Assembly: GCA_046726415.1 (NCBI GenBank)
Contig: JBKPAK010000276.1
Coordinates: forward strand, 1 to 17,717
Origin: Candidatus Methylomirabilota bacterium
GTDB taxonomy: Bacteria; Methylomirabilota; Methylomirabilia; Rokubacteriales; CSP1-6
Direction of reading: 5' to 3'
Length of the DNA: 17,717 nt
Made by a program: the position numbers and the translations under genes. Positions 6,515 to 15,569 of the stretch are shown here, in pieces (position 1 is the first letter of the stretch; each line of letters starts with the position of its first letter). The notes under the pieces are model-generated. The model was not told where the DNA came from. It did not search any database and worked only from the letters and a program-made list of their open reading frames with translations.

Positions 6515-7723
6515 ATGGCAAAAACGCCAGGACGACCGTTCCACACTGCCTCGGATGCCGACATCAAGAGCGGCCTGGTGTCGGACGTGTACTTCTCGCG
6601 CACGGTCCAGATCCTTCAAGCGCGGGGTGACCGCAAGCGGGTCAAGGCCGAAGTCTACGTCAAGAGCCTGCCCGACGATTGGGGCTGGGGCGTGCTAGCC
6701 GGCATCGAGGAGCTGGCCGGCCTGCTGGAAGACCTGCCTCTCGATGCCGTAGCCATGGACGAGGGCACGATCTTCGGGGCCTACCAGCCAGTCCTCGCGA
6801 TCGAGGGAACGTACGTCGAGTGGGCCCAGTACGAAACGGCCATTCTCGGGCTCCTTTGCCAGGCGTCGGGGGTCGCCACCAAGGCCGCGCGGTGCAAGAA
6901 AGCAGCGGGTGAGCGGCAGGTGATCTCGTTCGGCGCCCGGCGCATGCATCCGGCTCTGGCCCCCATGATCGAGCGGAACGCCTTCATCGGCGGCTGTGAC
7001 GGCGTGGCGGTCACCAAGTCCGCCGAGCTGATCGACGCCGATCCCATGGGAACGATTCCCCACTCGCTCGTGCTCATGGTGGGCGACACAGTCGAGGCCC
7101 TGCGAGCCTTCCATGAGGTCATCGACCCCAAGGTGCGTCGGGTAGCCCTGGTGGACACGCTGCTGGACGAGAAGTTCGAGGCGATCCGGGTGGCGGAGGC
7201 CTTGGGGGAGGATCTGGCTGCCGTGCGCCTCGACACGCCCTCCTCGCGCCGCGGCGACTTCTACCGGATCATCGAGGAAGTGCGCTGGGAGCTGGATCTG
7301 CGCGGCTTCCAGCACGTCAAGATCGTCGCCTCCGGGGGTATCGACGAGTACGAGATCCTCCGTCTCAACTCCCTGGTGGATTCCTATGGCGTCGGGACGT
7401 CGCTGGCCAGCGCGCCGGTACTCAACTTCGCGCTCGACATCATGGAGATCGAAGGGCGTCCGGCGGCCAAGCGCGGGAAATGGTCGGGATCGAAGGAGGT
7501 CTACCGCCGCCACGGCTCGCTCGACACGGTCGTGGTTCCCGCCGGACACCCCGCACCCGTGGATCGAGGCCGGTGGGACCGTCTCCTCAAGCCGCTGATC
7601 ACCGGAGGCCGCGTGGTGCGTGATCTGCCACCGCCTCGGACGATCCGCGAGTTCGTCCTCGATCAGCTGGAGTTGGTCTCAATGGACGCGGTGCGTCGGC
7701 AGGGCGCGAGGTCGGATTTCTGA
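6515..7723 (+). CDS. pncB: Nicotinate phosphoribosyltransferase (type II PRTase, short form resembling archaeal NAPRTases)
   Basis: SDVYF, ETAILG, SFGARR, GTIPHS (phospho-His motif), ALVDT, VRLDTP.SRRG, ASGG, YGVGT, AKRGK.SG.K. Confidence 0.92.
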   Translation: MAKTPGRPFHTASDADIKSGLVSDVYFSRTVQILQARGDRKRVKAEVYVKSLPDDWGWGVLAGIEELAGLLEDLPLDAVAMDEGTIFGAYQPVLAIEGTYVEWAQYETAILGLLCQASGVATKAARCKKAAGERQVISFGARRMHPALAPMIERNAFIGGCDGVAVTKSAELIDADPMGTIPHSLVLMVGDTVEALRAFHEVIDPKVRRVALVDTLLDEKFEAIRVAEALGEDLAAVRLDTPSSRRGDFYRIIEEVRWELDLRGFQHVKIVASGGIDEYEILRLNSLVDSYGVGTSLASAPVLNFALDIMEIEGRPAAKRGKWSGSKEVYRRHGSLDTVVVPAGHPAPVDRGRWDRLLKPLITGGRVVRDLPPPRTIREFVLDQLELVSMDAVRRQGARSDF

Positions 7724-8511
7724 GCACGATTCTCGACGCGATCGTCGCCGACAAGCGCGCCGAGATCGCGCGCCGCCGGGTCGAGGTGACGCGCGGTGAG
7801 CTGCAACGGCGTTGCCGAGCCATGTCCCCCACCCGCGACTTCGCGGCCGCGCTCATGGCCCCCCCGGGAAGCGTCAAGCTTCTGGCCGAGGTGAAGAAGG
7901 CCTCCCCGTCACGGGGGGTCCTCGCCGCTACCTTCGATCCCGTGGGTCTGGCGACTGCCTACGCGGATCACGGCGCCGCCGCCATCTCGGTGCTCACGGA
8001 CGAAAAGTACTTCCAGGGGAGTCTCGACCTGCTGGTGGCGGTCCGCGCCGCCGTGTCCGTGCCGCTGCTGCGCAAGGACTTCACGCTCGACGAGTACCAG
8101 CTTTGGGAGTCGCGCGCGGCAGGGGCCGACGCCGTCCTCCTCATCGCCGCGATCCTGGAGCCGCCGCGCCTGCGCGACCTACACGCCGGGGCCAAGGGGC
8201 TAGGGCTGGCCGCTCTGGTGGAGGTCCACACGGCCGAGGAGCTGGACGTCGCCCTGCGCGTTGGCGCCGGCCTTCTCGGCATCAACAACCGGAATCTGCA
8301 CACGTTCGAGACGCGGCTCGAGACCACCCTCGCGCTCCTCCCGATGATTCCCCCGGGGCCGGTGGTGGTGAGCGAGAGTGGCTTTGTCCGGAGCGACGAC
8401 GTTCGGCGCGTGGTAGCCGCCGGGGCCCATGCCGTCCTGGTGGGAGAGGCGCTCGTCCGGGCTGCCGACGTGGGCGCCAAGGTCCGCGAGCTGGCGCTCC
8501 TCGACCGCTGA
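7720..8511 (+). CDS. trpC: Indole-3-glycerol-phosphate synthase (probable CTG start at 7720; ORF-finder start is GTG 7786)
   Basis: [64 protein letters not shown]. The typical TrpC N-terminal helix ([15 protein letters not shown]) is encoded in frame upstream of 7786. Confidence 0.95.
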   Translation: MSTILDAIVADKRAEIARRRVEVTRGELQRRCRAMSPTRDFAAALMAPPGSVKLLAEVKKASPSRGVLAATFDPVGLATAYADHGAAAISVLTDEKYFQGSLDLLVAVRAAVSVPLLRKDFTLDEYQLWESRAAGADAVLLIAAILEPPRLRDLHAGAKGLGLAALVEVHTAEELDVALRVGAGLLGINNRNLHTFETRLETTLALLPMIPPGPVVVSESGFVRSDDVRRVVAAGAHAVLVGEALVRAADVGAKVRELALLDR

Positions 8512-9167
8512 TGGTCCGGGTCAAGATCTGCGGGATCACCAGCCTCGAGGACGCCATGGTCTGCGTCGAGGCGGGCGCCGATGCCCTCGGCTTCATCTTT
8601 GTCGAGGAAACGCCGCGCTACATCGCGCCGGAGCGGGCGGCGCCAATCATCCAGCGTCTGCCGCCATTCGTCACGGCGGTCGGCGTGTTCTGGGGTCACC
8701 CGCGGGGCCACGTGAAGGCCGTGGTCGAGACCTGCGGGCTCCGCGCCCTGCAGTTCCATGGCGACGAGGCGCCCGAGGATCTGACGGGATATGGTCTGCC
8801 CGTGATCAAGACGATCAAGCTGCCGCCCGCCTCGACCATCGAGGGGTTGCCGGAATACCGGATTGCCGAGCGGTGGCAAGTGCTCCGCTACCGCGGCGTG
8901 GTGTCGGCGATCTTGCTGGACAGCGCCGCTCGGTGGAGCGAAGGGGAGGCCCGGGAGCCCATCGAGTGGAAGCTGGCCCGCAACCTGGCGATGGGGCAGT
9001 CCTGTCTGGTGCTGTCGGGAGGGCTCACGCCCGACAACGTGCGGCGCGCCGTCGAAGTGGTCAGACCCTACGGCGTGGATGTCAACTCCGGCGTGGAAAC
9101 CCGACCCGGCCGCAAGGATCACGACAAGGTGTGGCGGTTCGTCGGCGAGGCTCGGCGCCCGGGATGA
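8511..9167 (+). CDS. trpF: Phosphoribosylanthranilate isomerase
   Basis: [56 protein letters not shown] 8511 overlaps the trpC stop (TGATG). Confidence 0.95.
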   Translation: MVRVKICGITSLEDAMVCVEAGADALGFIFVEETPRYIAPERAAPIIQRLPPFVTAVGVFWGHPRGHVKAVVETCGLRALQFHGDEAPEDLTGYGLPVIKTIKLPPASTIEGLPEYRIAERWQVLRYRGVVSAILLDSAARWSEGEAREPIEWKLARNLAMGQSCLVLSGGLTPDNVRRAVEVVRPYGVDVNSGVETRPGRKDHDKVWRFVGEARRPG

Positions 9168-10375
9168 CTACGCGCCGTCCTGTCCGGCTGCCTGACGCGC
9201 GAGGACACTTCGGACCTTACGGTGGCCGCTTCGTCCCCGAGACGCTGATGGCCCCGCTGATCGAACTGGAGCAGGCCTACCGCGCGGCGCGGCGCGATCG
9301 CGCCTTCGAGGCCCGCCTGCGCGAGCTGCTTCGCCACTACGCGGGACGGCCTACGCCCCTCTACTTCGCGGCGCGCCTCAGCGAGCATTGCGGCGGTGCC
9401 CGGATCTACCTCAAACGCGAGGATCTCTGCCACACCGGGGCCCACAAGATCAACAACGTTCTCGGTCAGGCCCTGCTGGCGGTGCGGATGAAGAAGCACC
9501 GCCTGATCGCCGAGACTGGCGCCGGGCAGCACGGCGTGGCGACCGGCACCGCCGCGGCACTCCTCGGCCTCAGTTGCGAGGTGTACATGGGCGCGGAGGA
9601 CGTGGAGCGCCAGGCTCTGAACGTCTTCCGAATGCGCCTGCTCGGCGCTCGCGTGGTCACGGTCGAGAGCGGCAGCCGCACCTTGAAGGATGCCATCAAC
9701 GAAGCCCTGCGCGACTGGGTGACCAACGTGCGGACGACGCACTATCTGCTCGGCTCCGCCCTCGGCCCCCATCCTTATCCCATGATGGTCCGTGACTTCC
9801 ACACCGTGATCGGCCAGGAGGCCCGCGCGCAGGCGCGGCGCCAGCACGGCCGGCTCCCCGACGTGGTGGTGGCCTGTGTGGGCGGTGGTTCGAACGCCAT
9901 CGGCCTGTTCCATCCGTTCCTGGGGGATCGCCGGGTGCGCATCGTCGGTGTGGAGCCAGGCGGGCACGGGATCTCGACCGGCCGCCATGGGGCCGCGCTC
10001 ACCGCGGGGCGAGTCGGCGTGTTGCACGGCACCATGAGCTACTTTCTCCAGAACGACGACGGTCAGATTGCTACCGCGCATTCCGTCTCGGCTGGACTCG
10101 ACTACCCCGGCGTGGGACCCGAGCACGCCTACTACAAGGACCGCGGGCGTTTCGAGTTCGTCTCCGTCACCGACGACGAGGCGCTCGAGGGCTTCCAGGC
10201 TCTCACCCGCCTCGAGGGGATCATGCCCGCGCTGGAGTCCGCCCATGCCGTGACGCACGCCATGCGGCTGGCCAAGACCCTGTCGCGCACCAAGACCATC
10301 GTCGTGGGACTTTCCGGTCGCGGCGACAAGGACGTGCAGGTGGTCGCCAAGGCCCTGGGCACGGAGATCGGATGA
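9164..10375 (+). CDS. trpB: Tryptophan synthase beta chain
   Basis: [31 protein letters not shown] (PLP Lys), [53 protein letters not shown] overlap with trpF. Confidence 0.98.
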   Translation: MTTRRPVRLPDARGHFGPYGGRFVPETLMAPLIELEQAYRAARRDRAFEARLRELLRHYAGRPTPLYFAARLSEHCGGARIYLKREDLCHTGAHKINNVLGQALLAVRMKKHRLIAETGAGQHGVATGTAAALLGLSCEVYMGAEDVERQALNVFRMRLLGARVVTVESGSRTLKDAINEALRDWVTNVRTTHYLLGSALGPHPYPMMVRDFHTVIGQEARAQARRQHGRLPDVVVACVGGGSNAIGLFHPFLGDRRVRIVGVEPGGHGISTGRHGAALTAGRVGVLHGTMSYFLQNDDGQIATAHSVSAGLDYPGVGPEHAYYKDRGRFEFVSVTDDEALEGFQALTRLEGIMPALESAHAVTHAMRLAKTLSRTKTIVVGLSGRGDKDVQVVAKALGTEIG

Positions 10376-11181
10376 GCCGTCTCGACGCCGCGTTTGCCCG
10401 GCTGCGCGGCGCCGGGGAGCGCGCGCTCGTCGCGTACTTCACGGCGGGCGATCCCTCTCTCGAACTGACGAGTCGGCTCGTCCGTGAGGCGGAGCGCCAG
10501 GGCGCCGACGTCGTCGAGCTCGGGGTGCCCTTCTCCGACCCTCTCGCCGACGGCCCCGTCATTCAGCGCGCGGGCATGCGCGCGCTGGCCGCCGGCACGT
10601 CGCTGGTCCGCGTACTCGAGACGGTGGCCGAGCTGCGCCGCGACGTTGACGTCCCGATCGCTCTCCTGACCTATTACAACCCGGTGCTGACCTTCGGGCT
10701 CGAGGCCTTCGCGGGGGCGGCGGCCAAGGCAGGAGTCGATGGTGTGATCGTGGCCGACCTTCCGGTTGAGGAAGCGGAGCCGCTGAGCGCCCACGCCATG
10801 GCGGCCGGCGTGGATCTCGTGCAACTGGTCGCGCCCACGTCGACCGTTTCGCGAATGCGTCGCATCGCGCGCCAGAGCCGCGGCTTCATCTATCTCGTCT
10901 CCCTGACCGGCGTGACCGGCGCGCGCCGAGACCTGCCGCCCGAGTTGGCCGCCCAGATCCGGGCCCTGCGGCGGGTCACGACCAAGCCCGTGTGCGTCGG
11001 CTTCGGCATCGGCACGCCCGACCAGGTCGCCATGGTGGGGGAGCTCGCCGACGGCGTCATCGTCGGCTCCGCCATCGTTCGCTGCGTGGAAGAACACGCG
11101 GGGTCCCCTGCGCTCGTCACCGAGGTGGGGAAATTCATCGCTGCGCTCAAGGCGCCGCTCCGCGGGGCCGGCACCCGATAG
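10372..11181 (+). CDS. trpA: Tryptophan synthase alpha chain
   Basis: [64 protein letters not shown] overlap with trpB. Confidence 0.98.
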   Translation: MSRLDAAFARLRGAGERALVAYFTAGDPSLELTSRLVREAERQGADVVELGVPFSDPLADGPVIQRAGMRALAAGTSLVRVLETVAELRRDVDVPIALLTYYNPVLTFGLEAFAGAAAKAGVDGVIVADLPVEEAEPLSAHAMAAGVDLVQLVAPTSTVSRMRRIARQSRGFIYLVSLTGVTGARRDLPPELAAQIRALRRVTTKPVCVGFGIGTPDQVAMVGELADGVIVGSAIVRCVEEHAGSPALVTEVGKFIAALKAPLRGAGTR

Positions 11182-11185
11182 CGCC

Positions 11186-12043
11186 ATGCCCTGGTTTCGA
11201 CGCTCCAGCGGCCCCAAGGACGGGCCGAAGCGCAAGATCGTCATCGCCGAGGGGCTGTGGGTCAAGTGCGACTCCTGCAAGGAGATCATTTACCGGGCGG
11301 AGATCGAGCGGGCCGGCAAGGTTTGTCCGAAATGCCGCTACGCGTTTCGCATCTCCGCCCGCGAGCGGATCGCCCAGCTTGTCGATGCCGGGACGTTCGA
11401 GGAGCGGGAGCAGGGTATCCTGCCCAGCGACCCGCTGGGGTTCAGGGACACCAAGCGCTACCGGGACCGCCTCAGGGCGGCGCAGGAAAAGACCGGGGCC
11501 AGCGAGGCGGTGATCTGCGGCGTGGCCCGGCTCGGTGGACTGCCCACTGTGCTCTGTGTCTTCGAGTTCAGCTTCATGGGCGGCAGCATGGGCTCGGTGG
11601 TGGGTGAACGGCTCACCCGCTCGATCGAGCTGGCCGTCGACAAGTCGCTGCCCGTGATCATCGTGTCGGCCTCCGGGGGTGCCCGCATGCAGGAAGGCAT
11701 CCTCTCGCTCATGCAGATGGCCAAGACTTCGGCGGCCCTCGAGCGTCTGGGCCGGGCGCGCCTGCCGTTTCTCTCGGTGCTGACGGATCCGACCACCGGC
11801 GGCGTCACGGCGAGCTTCGCCATGCTCGGTGACGTCATTGTCGCCGAACCTCGTGCCCTCATCGGCTTCGCTGGGCCGCGCGTCATCGCCGAGACCATCC
11901 GCCAGCCGCTGCCCGAGGGCTTCCAGCGCTCGGAGTTCCTCCTCGAGCACGGCCAGCTCGACCTGATTGTGGAGCGGCGCGACCTCCGAGAGACGCTGCG
12001 CCGTCTCCTCGTCTTCTTCGCCGAGCCCGTCCCGACGACGTGA
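11186..12043 (+). CDS. accD: Acetyl-CoA carboxylase carboxyltransferase beta subunit
   Basis: GLWVKCDSC...CPKC zinc finger, FMGGSMGSVVGE, SGGARMQEG, DPTTGGVTASFA, ALIGFAGPRVI, GFQRSEFLLEHG. Confidence 0.98.
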   Translation: MPWFRRSSGPKDGPKRKIVIAEGLWVKCDSCKEIIYRAEIERAGKVCPKCRYAFRISARERIAQLVDAGTFEEREQGILPSDPLGFRDTKRYRDRLRAAQEKTGASEAVICGVARLGGLPTVLCVFEFSFMGGSMGSVVGERLTRSIELAVDKSLPVIIVSASGGARMQEGILSLMQMAKTSAALERLGRARLPFLSVLTDPTTGGVTASFAMLGDVIVAEPRALIGFAGPRVIAETIRQPLPEGFQRSEFLLEHGQLDLIVERRDLRETLRRLLVFFAEPVPTT

Positions 12044-13350
12044 CCTACCCAGAGGCGGTGGGCCGCCTGCTCGCGCTGCGAGGCGGCGAGCAGGCGGGAA
12101 TGCGACCCGGGCTCGAGCGCATCGAGACCTTGCTCGACGCGCTCGGCCATCCGGAGCGGCGTTACAGCCTCGTGCAGGTGGGCGGCACCAACGGCAAGGG
12201 CTCGGTGTCGGTGATGCTGGCGGCGATGTTGAAGGCGGCCGGCCGCCGCATCGGCCTCTATACGTCACCGCATCTGGTCTCGTTTCGGGAGCGCATCCGG
12301 GTCAACGGCGAACCGATCTCCGAGGACGGCCTCGTCGATGAGGTGGAGTCCCTCTCGACCCTGGTGGCTCGTCTGGACGCCAGCATGTTCGAGGCCGCCA
12401 CGGCCATGGCCCTTGACCATTTCGCCCGCGAGCGCGTGGACGTCGCCGTCCTGGAGGTCGGTCTGGGGGGCCGACTCGACGCCACCACCGTCGGGGCGCC
12501 TGCCGCCACCGTCATCACCCGGATCGACCTCGACCATCAGGCGGTGCTGGGCCCAACCCTCGCCCACATCGCCGGCGAGAAGGCGGCCATCATCCGAAGC
12601 GGGGTCGCCATCACGTGCGCGCAGGCGCCGGAGGCAGCCTCGGTGCTGGCGAATCGCGCGGCGGCCGTGGGCGTCCCGCTGCTCATCGCGGGCCGCGATC
12701 TTCACGTCGAAGTCGGGCGGCAGAGCCTCGAGGGCCAGCGACTGTCGTGCTCCGGCCCAGGGTGGCGGCTCTTCGATCTCGATGTCGCCCTGCTGGGAAC
12801 TTTCCAGCCCGAGAACGCGCTTCTCGCCGTGGCCGCGGCCCGCGCGTTGGGTGTCCCGGACGTGGCCATCCGCGCCGGACTGGCCACCGTGCAGTGGCCC
12901 GGACGCTTCCACGTGATCGGGGCGACGCCGCGGCTCGTCCTCGACGGCGCCCACAATGCGGGGGGGGCGCGAGCCCTCGCCGCGTCGTTGGCCACCTACT
13001 TTCCCGGGGAGCGCCCGACCTTCGTGGTCGGCATCTACAAGGACAAGGACATTGCGGCGATCCTCTCCGTCCTGGCTCCCCGGGCCGGACGCCTGATTCT
13101 CACCGCCGCCGCCAATCCTCGAGCAGCGACCCCGGAGGCGCTCGCCGCCTGTGTTCCCTCCGATGGCCCCGATGCCGAGATCGCGCCCAGCCTCAGGGAG
13201 GCCCTCGCCATGGCGTCGGCGCCTGCGCGCACGGCAACCGTGTGTGTGACGGGCTCGCTGTCGCTGATCGGCGAAGCGCTGGCCCAGCTTGGCGGCGATA
13301 AACCTTGTCCGGTGGAGAAAGGCGCTGCTAGCATGGGCCTTCCCGTATAA
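12040..13350 (+). CDS. folC: Bifunctional folylpolyglutamate synthase/dihydrofolate synthase
   Basis: GGTNGKGS, YTSPHL..FRERI, EVGLGGRLDAT, DH...LG, EKA.II, WPGRF, LDGAHN, VTGSL. GTGA overlap with accD. Confidence 0.96.
   Translation: MTYPEAVGRLLALRGGEQAGMRPGLERIETLLDALGHPERRYSLVQVGGTNGKGSVSVMLAAMLKAAGRRIGLYTSPHLVSFRERIRVNGEPISEDGLVDEVESLSTLVARLDASMFEAATAMALDHFARERVDVAVLEVGLGGRLDATTVGAPAATVITRIDLDHQAVLGPTLAHIAGEKAAIIRSGVAITCAQAPEAASVLANRAAAVGVPLLIAGRDLHVEVGRQSLEGQRLSCSGPGWRLFDLDVALLGTFQPENALLAVAAARALGVPDVAIRAGLATVQWPGRFHVIGATPRLVLDGAHNAGGARALAASLATYFPGERPTFVVGIYKDKDIAAILSVLAPRAGRLILTAAANPRAATPEALAACVPSDGPDAEIAPSLREALAMASAPARTATVCVTGSLSLIGEALAQLGGDKPCPVEKGAASMGLPV
13305..13334 (+). promoter_or_regulatory. 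Putative internal promoter for lptD inside the folC 3' end
   Basis: TTGTCC (13305-13310)-N18-TAGCAT (13329-13334) with extended -10 TG (13326-13327), in a locally less GC-rich stretch, 36 nt before the lptD ATG. Confidence 0.5.
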
Positions 13351-13370
13351 CGAGGCGCGGCCGTCACTCC

Positions 13371-15569
13371 ATGACCCTGCGTAGGTTCGTGGCCAATGTC
13401 CTGCTCGGCGCCGCGGTCCTGGTCGGCGTTTCGACCGCGCACGGCCAGCTCTCGGTCTCGGTGCCCTCGGAAGGTGGCCAGGTGACCGTGATCGCCGACC
13501 GCATCGAGCAACTTGGGCGAGACAATCTCGTCGTGGCCGTGGGCAACGTTCAGATCACCCGGGGAACCGCCCGGCTGCTGGCCGACCGCGTGGAGATGAA
13601 TCGAGATACTGGTGACGTCGTCGCGTCCGGTCGCGTCATCTTCTACGATGGCGACGACCAGCTCAGCGGCGAGCGTATCGACTACAACTACCGGACGGGG
13701 ACGGGCATCGTGACCAACGGGCAGGCGCGGACGGCGCCGTATTACCGCATCGGCGGCGAGCGCATGGAGCGGCTGGGCGAGGGGCTTTACGGCATCCGAC
13801 GCGGCTTCTTCACCACCTGCGAGGACGATCCGCCCACGTGGTCCTTTCACGCGGGCGACGCCACCGCCGATCTGCACGACGCGATGTACGGCACCAATGC
13901 CTCGTTCTGGGTGAAGGAGCTTCCGCTCATCCCGTGGTTTCCCGGGTTTTATGCGGCCATCCGACGCGAGCGCCAGACCGGCTTCCTGTTCCCGGTGGCC
14001 GGACATTCCAGCTTCAAGGGGTTCTTCGCCCAGATACCCTTCTTCTGGGCCATCTCCGACAATCAGGACGCCCTCATTACCCTCGGCGGCATGTCCGAGC
14101 GAGGAGTGGCGGGAGACGCCACCTACCGCTACGTCCTGTCGCCGGAGAACCGGGGGAGCGCCACCGGGTTCCTCGTCTACGAGAGCGAGGTCAACCAGGA
14201 CTTTCGCAACTACTACAGCTGGCGGCACGACTGGAATGTGACCCAGCGCCTGAAGTTCACCGCGGACGTCAATGGGGTGAGCGACAACTCCCTGCTCCGG
14301 AATTACTCCCAGCCCCTGCAGACGCGAGGGACGCAGTTCGTTCCCTCCAATGTGTTCCTCTCTCAACGCTGGCCGACCGTCAACCTGACCGGCGACGTGT
14401 TCTGGTATCGCGATCTGACCCAGCGCACCGACGTCGCTCTCCAGCGCCTGCCCCAGCTCTTCTTCGACGGCGCCCCCCAGCCCGTCCCCGGTCTCCCGGG
14501 CTTCCTCTACCAGTTCCAGACGAGTGCGGTGAACTTCATCCGAGACGTTGGCTCCGAGGGCGGGCGCCTGGCTCTCCAGCCGATGATTTCACGGCCCATC
14601 CGGATCGCGGACATCGCCACGATCACCCCCTTCGCCGGCGGCATCATCACGAGCTACACCAAGACGGTGACCGGTCTCGAGACGGACAATCGAGGCATCG
14701 TGCTGGAGACCACCTCGGACGATCCCCTCGTGCGGCCGATTGCGGTGGTCGGCGCCGATGTGGCGGCCCGGGGCTCCCGCGCCTACGCGGCCGGCTTCTG
14801 GGACATCGACGCCCTCCTCCACGTCATGGAGCCCCGCCTGAACTACACGTTCATCGGAGGCCGGGGGACAGAGGGAGTGCCCCAGTGGACGGAACTCGAC
14901 CGCATCCCCCGAATGAGCCTCATCACGTATTCGTTCATCAACCGCCTCTTCGCCCGCTCGATCGCGCCTCCGGGCACCGAGCCGGCCAAGCTCGAGGTCG
15001 GGAGGCTCACCATCAGTCAGTCCTACAATTTGGGCGAGGAGCTTTCCTCCACGCCGTTGGCGAATAACGTGCCGGTCAGCAGCAGCAGCACCAACATCAC
15101 CCAGGTCATCCCGACCGGCTTCACGCCCCTGTTCGCCGAGCTAATCCTGCATCCGAGTTCGTTCCTCTACTTCCGCGGCGACACTACCTACGACGTGCAG
15201 GGACAAGGTCTCCAATCGGCGACGACGAACTTCGGCGTGGTGCTGCCCCGCCCCACGGCGCTGGTGCCGGCGGCCGCCGCCACCATCGGGACCTCCTACA
15301 ACAAGCCCGCCAACATCAGCTACGTGCAGGGCGGGGCCACCGCCGACATCACCCGCTTCGTCACCGCGCGCTTCCAGACCAACTGGAATGTGCAGTCGGG
15401 CAAGTTCGTGGAGAACCGCTACGGGCTGGACATCAAATTCCAGTGCTGGGGCCTGGCCATGGAGTATGTCACCCGGTTCCAAAGCGACGACGAATTCCGC
15501 TTCACGCTGAACCTCCTCGGTGTGGGCGGGTTCGGCTCCGGCGCCGGGTTCGGCCTGGGCGCCTTCTGA
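13371..15569 (+). CDS. lptD: LPS-assembly outer-membrane protein LptD (OstA-like N-domain + beta-barrel)
   Basis: Signal peptide; beta-jellyroll pattern (VIADRI...AVGNVQI...LLADRV...ASGRV); FTTC, P.W, P..P...RQTGFLFP, PFFWAI, LQRLP, H..EP...Y, QCW; amphipathic aromatic strands; 732 aa. Confidence 0.9.
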   Translation: MTLRRFVANVLLGAAVLVGVSTAHGQLSVSVPSEGGQVTVIADRIEQLGRDNLVVAVGNVQITRGTARLLADRVEMNRDTGDVVASGRVIFYDGDDQLSGERIDYNYRTGTGIVTNGQARTAPYYRIGGERMERLGEGLYGIRRGFFTTCEDDPPTWSFHAGDATADLHDAMYGTNASFWVKELPLIPWFPGFYAAIRRERQTGFLFPVAGHSSFKGFFAQIPFFWAISDNQDALITLGGMSERGVAGDATYRYVLSPENRGSATGFLVYESEVNQDFRNYYSWRHDWNVTQRLKFTADVNGVSDNSLLRNYSQPLQTRGTQFVPSNVFLSQRWPTVNLTGDVFWYRDLTQRTDVALQRLPQLFFDGAPQPVPGLPGFLYQFQTSAVNFIRDVGSEGGRLALQPMISRPIRIADIATITPFAGGIITSYTKTVTGLETDNRGIVLETTSDDPLVRPIAVVGADVAARGSRAYAAGFWDIDALLHVMEPRLNYTFIGGRGTEGVPQWTELDRIPRMSLITYSFINRLFARSIAPPGTEPAKLEVGRLTISQSYNLGEELSSTPLANNVPVSSSSTNITQVIPTGFTPLFAELILHPSSFLYFRGDTTYDVQGQGLQSATTNFGVVLPRPTALVPAAAATIGTSYNKPANISYVQGGATADITRFVTARFQTNWNVQSGKFVENRYGLDIKFQCWGLAMEYVTRFQSDDEFRFTLNLLGVGGFGSGAGFGLGAF

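Noticed and set aside
7812..10375. ORF-track extensions suggesting 451-aa TrpF and 648-aa TrpB fusions (likewise starts at 4828 and 15443)
   Set aside because: The extensions overlap the upstream gene in another frame and are low-complexity. The true starts coincide with stop/start overlaps at 8511, 9164, 4981/4987 and 15569.
8511..15569. trpF-trpB-trpA-accD-folC(-lptD) gene order as novel
   Set aside because: trpFBA-accD-folC is a widely conserved arrangement.
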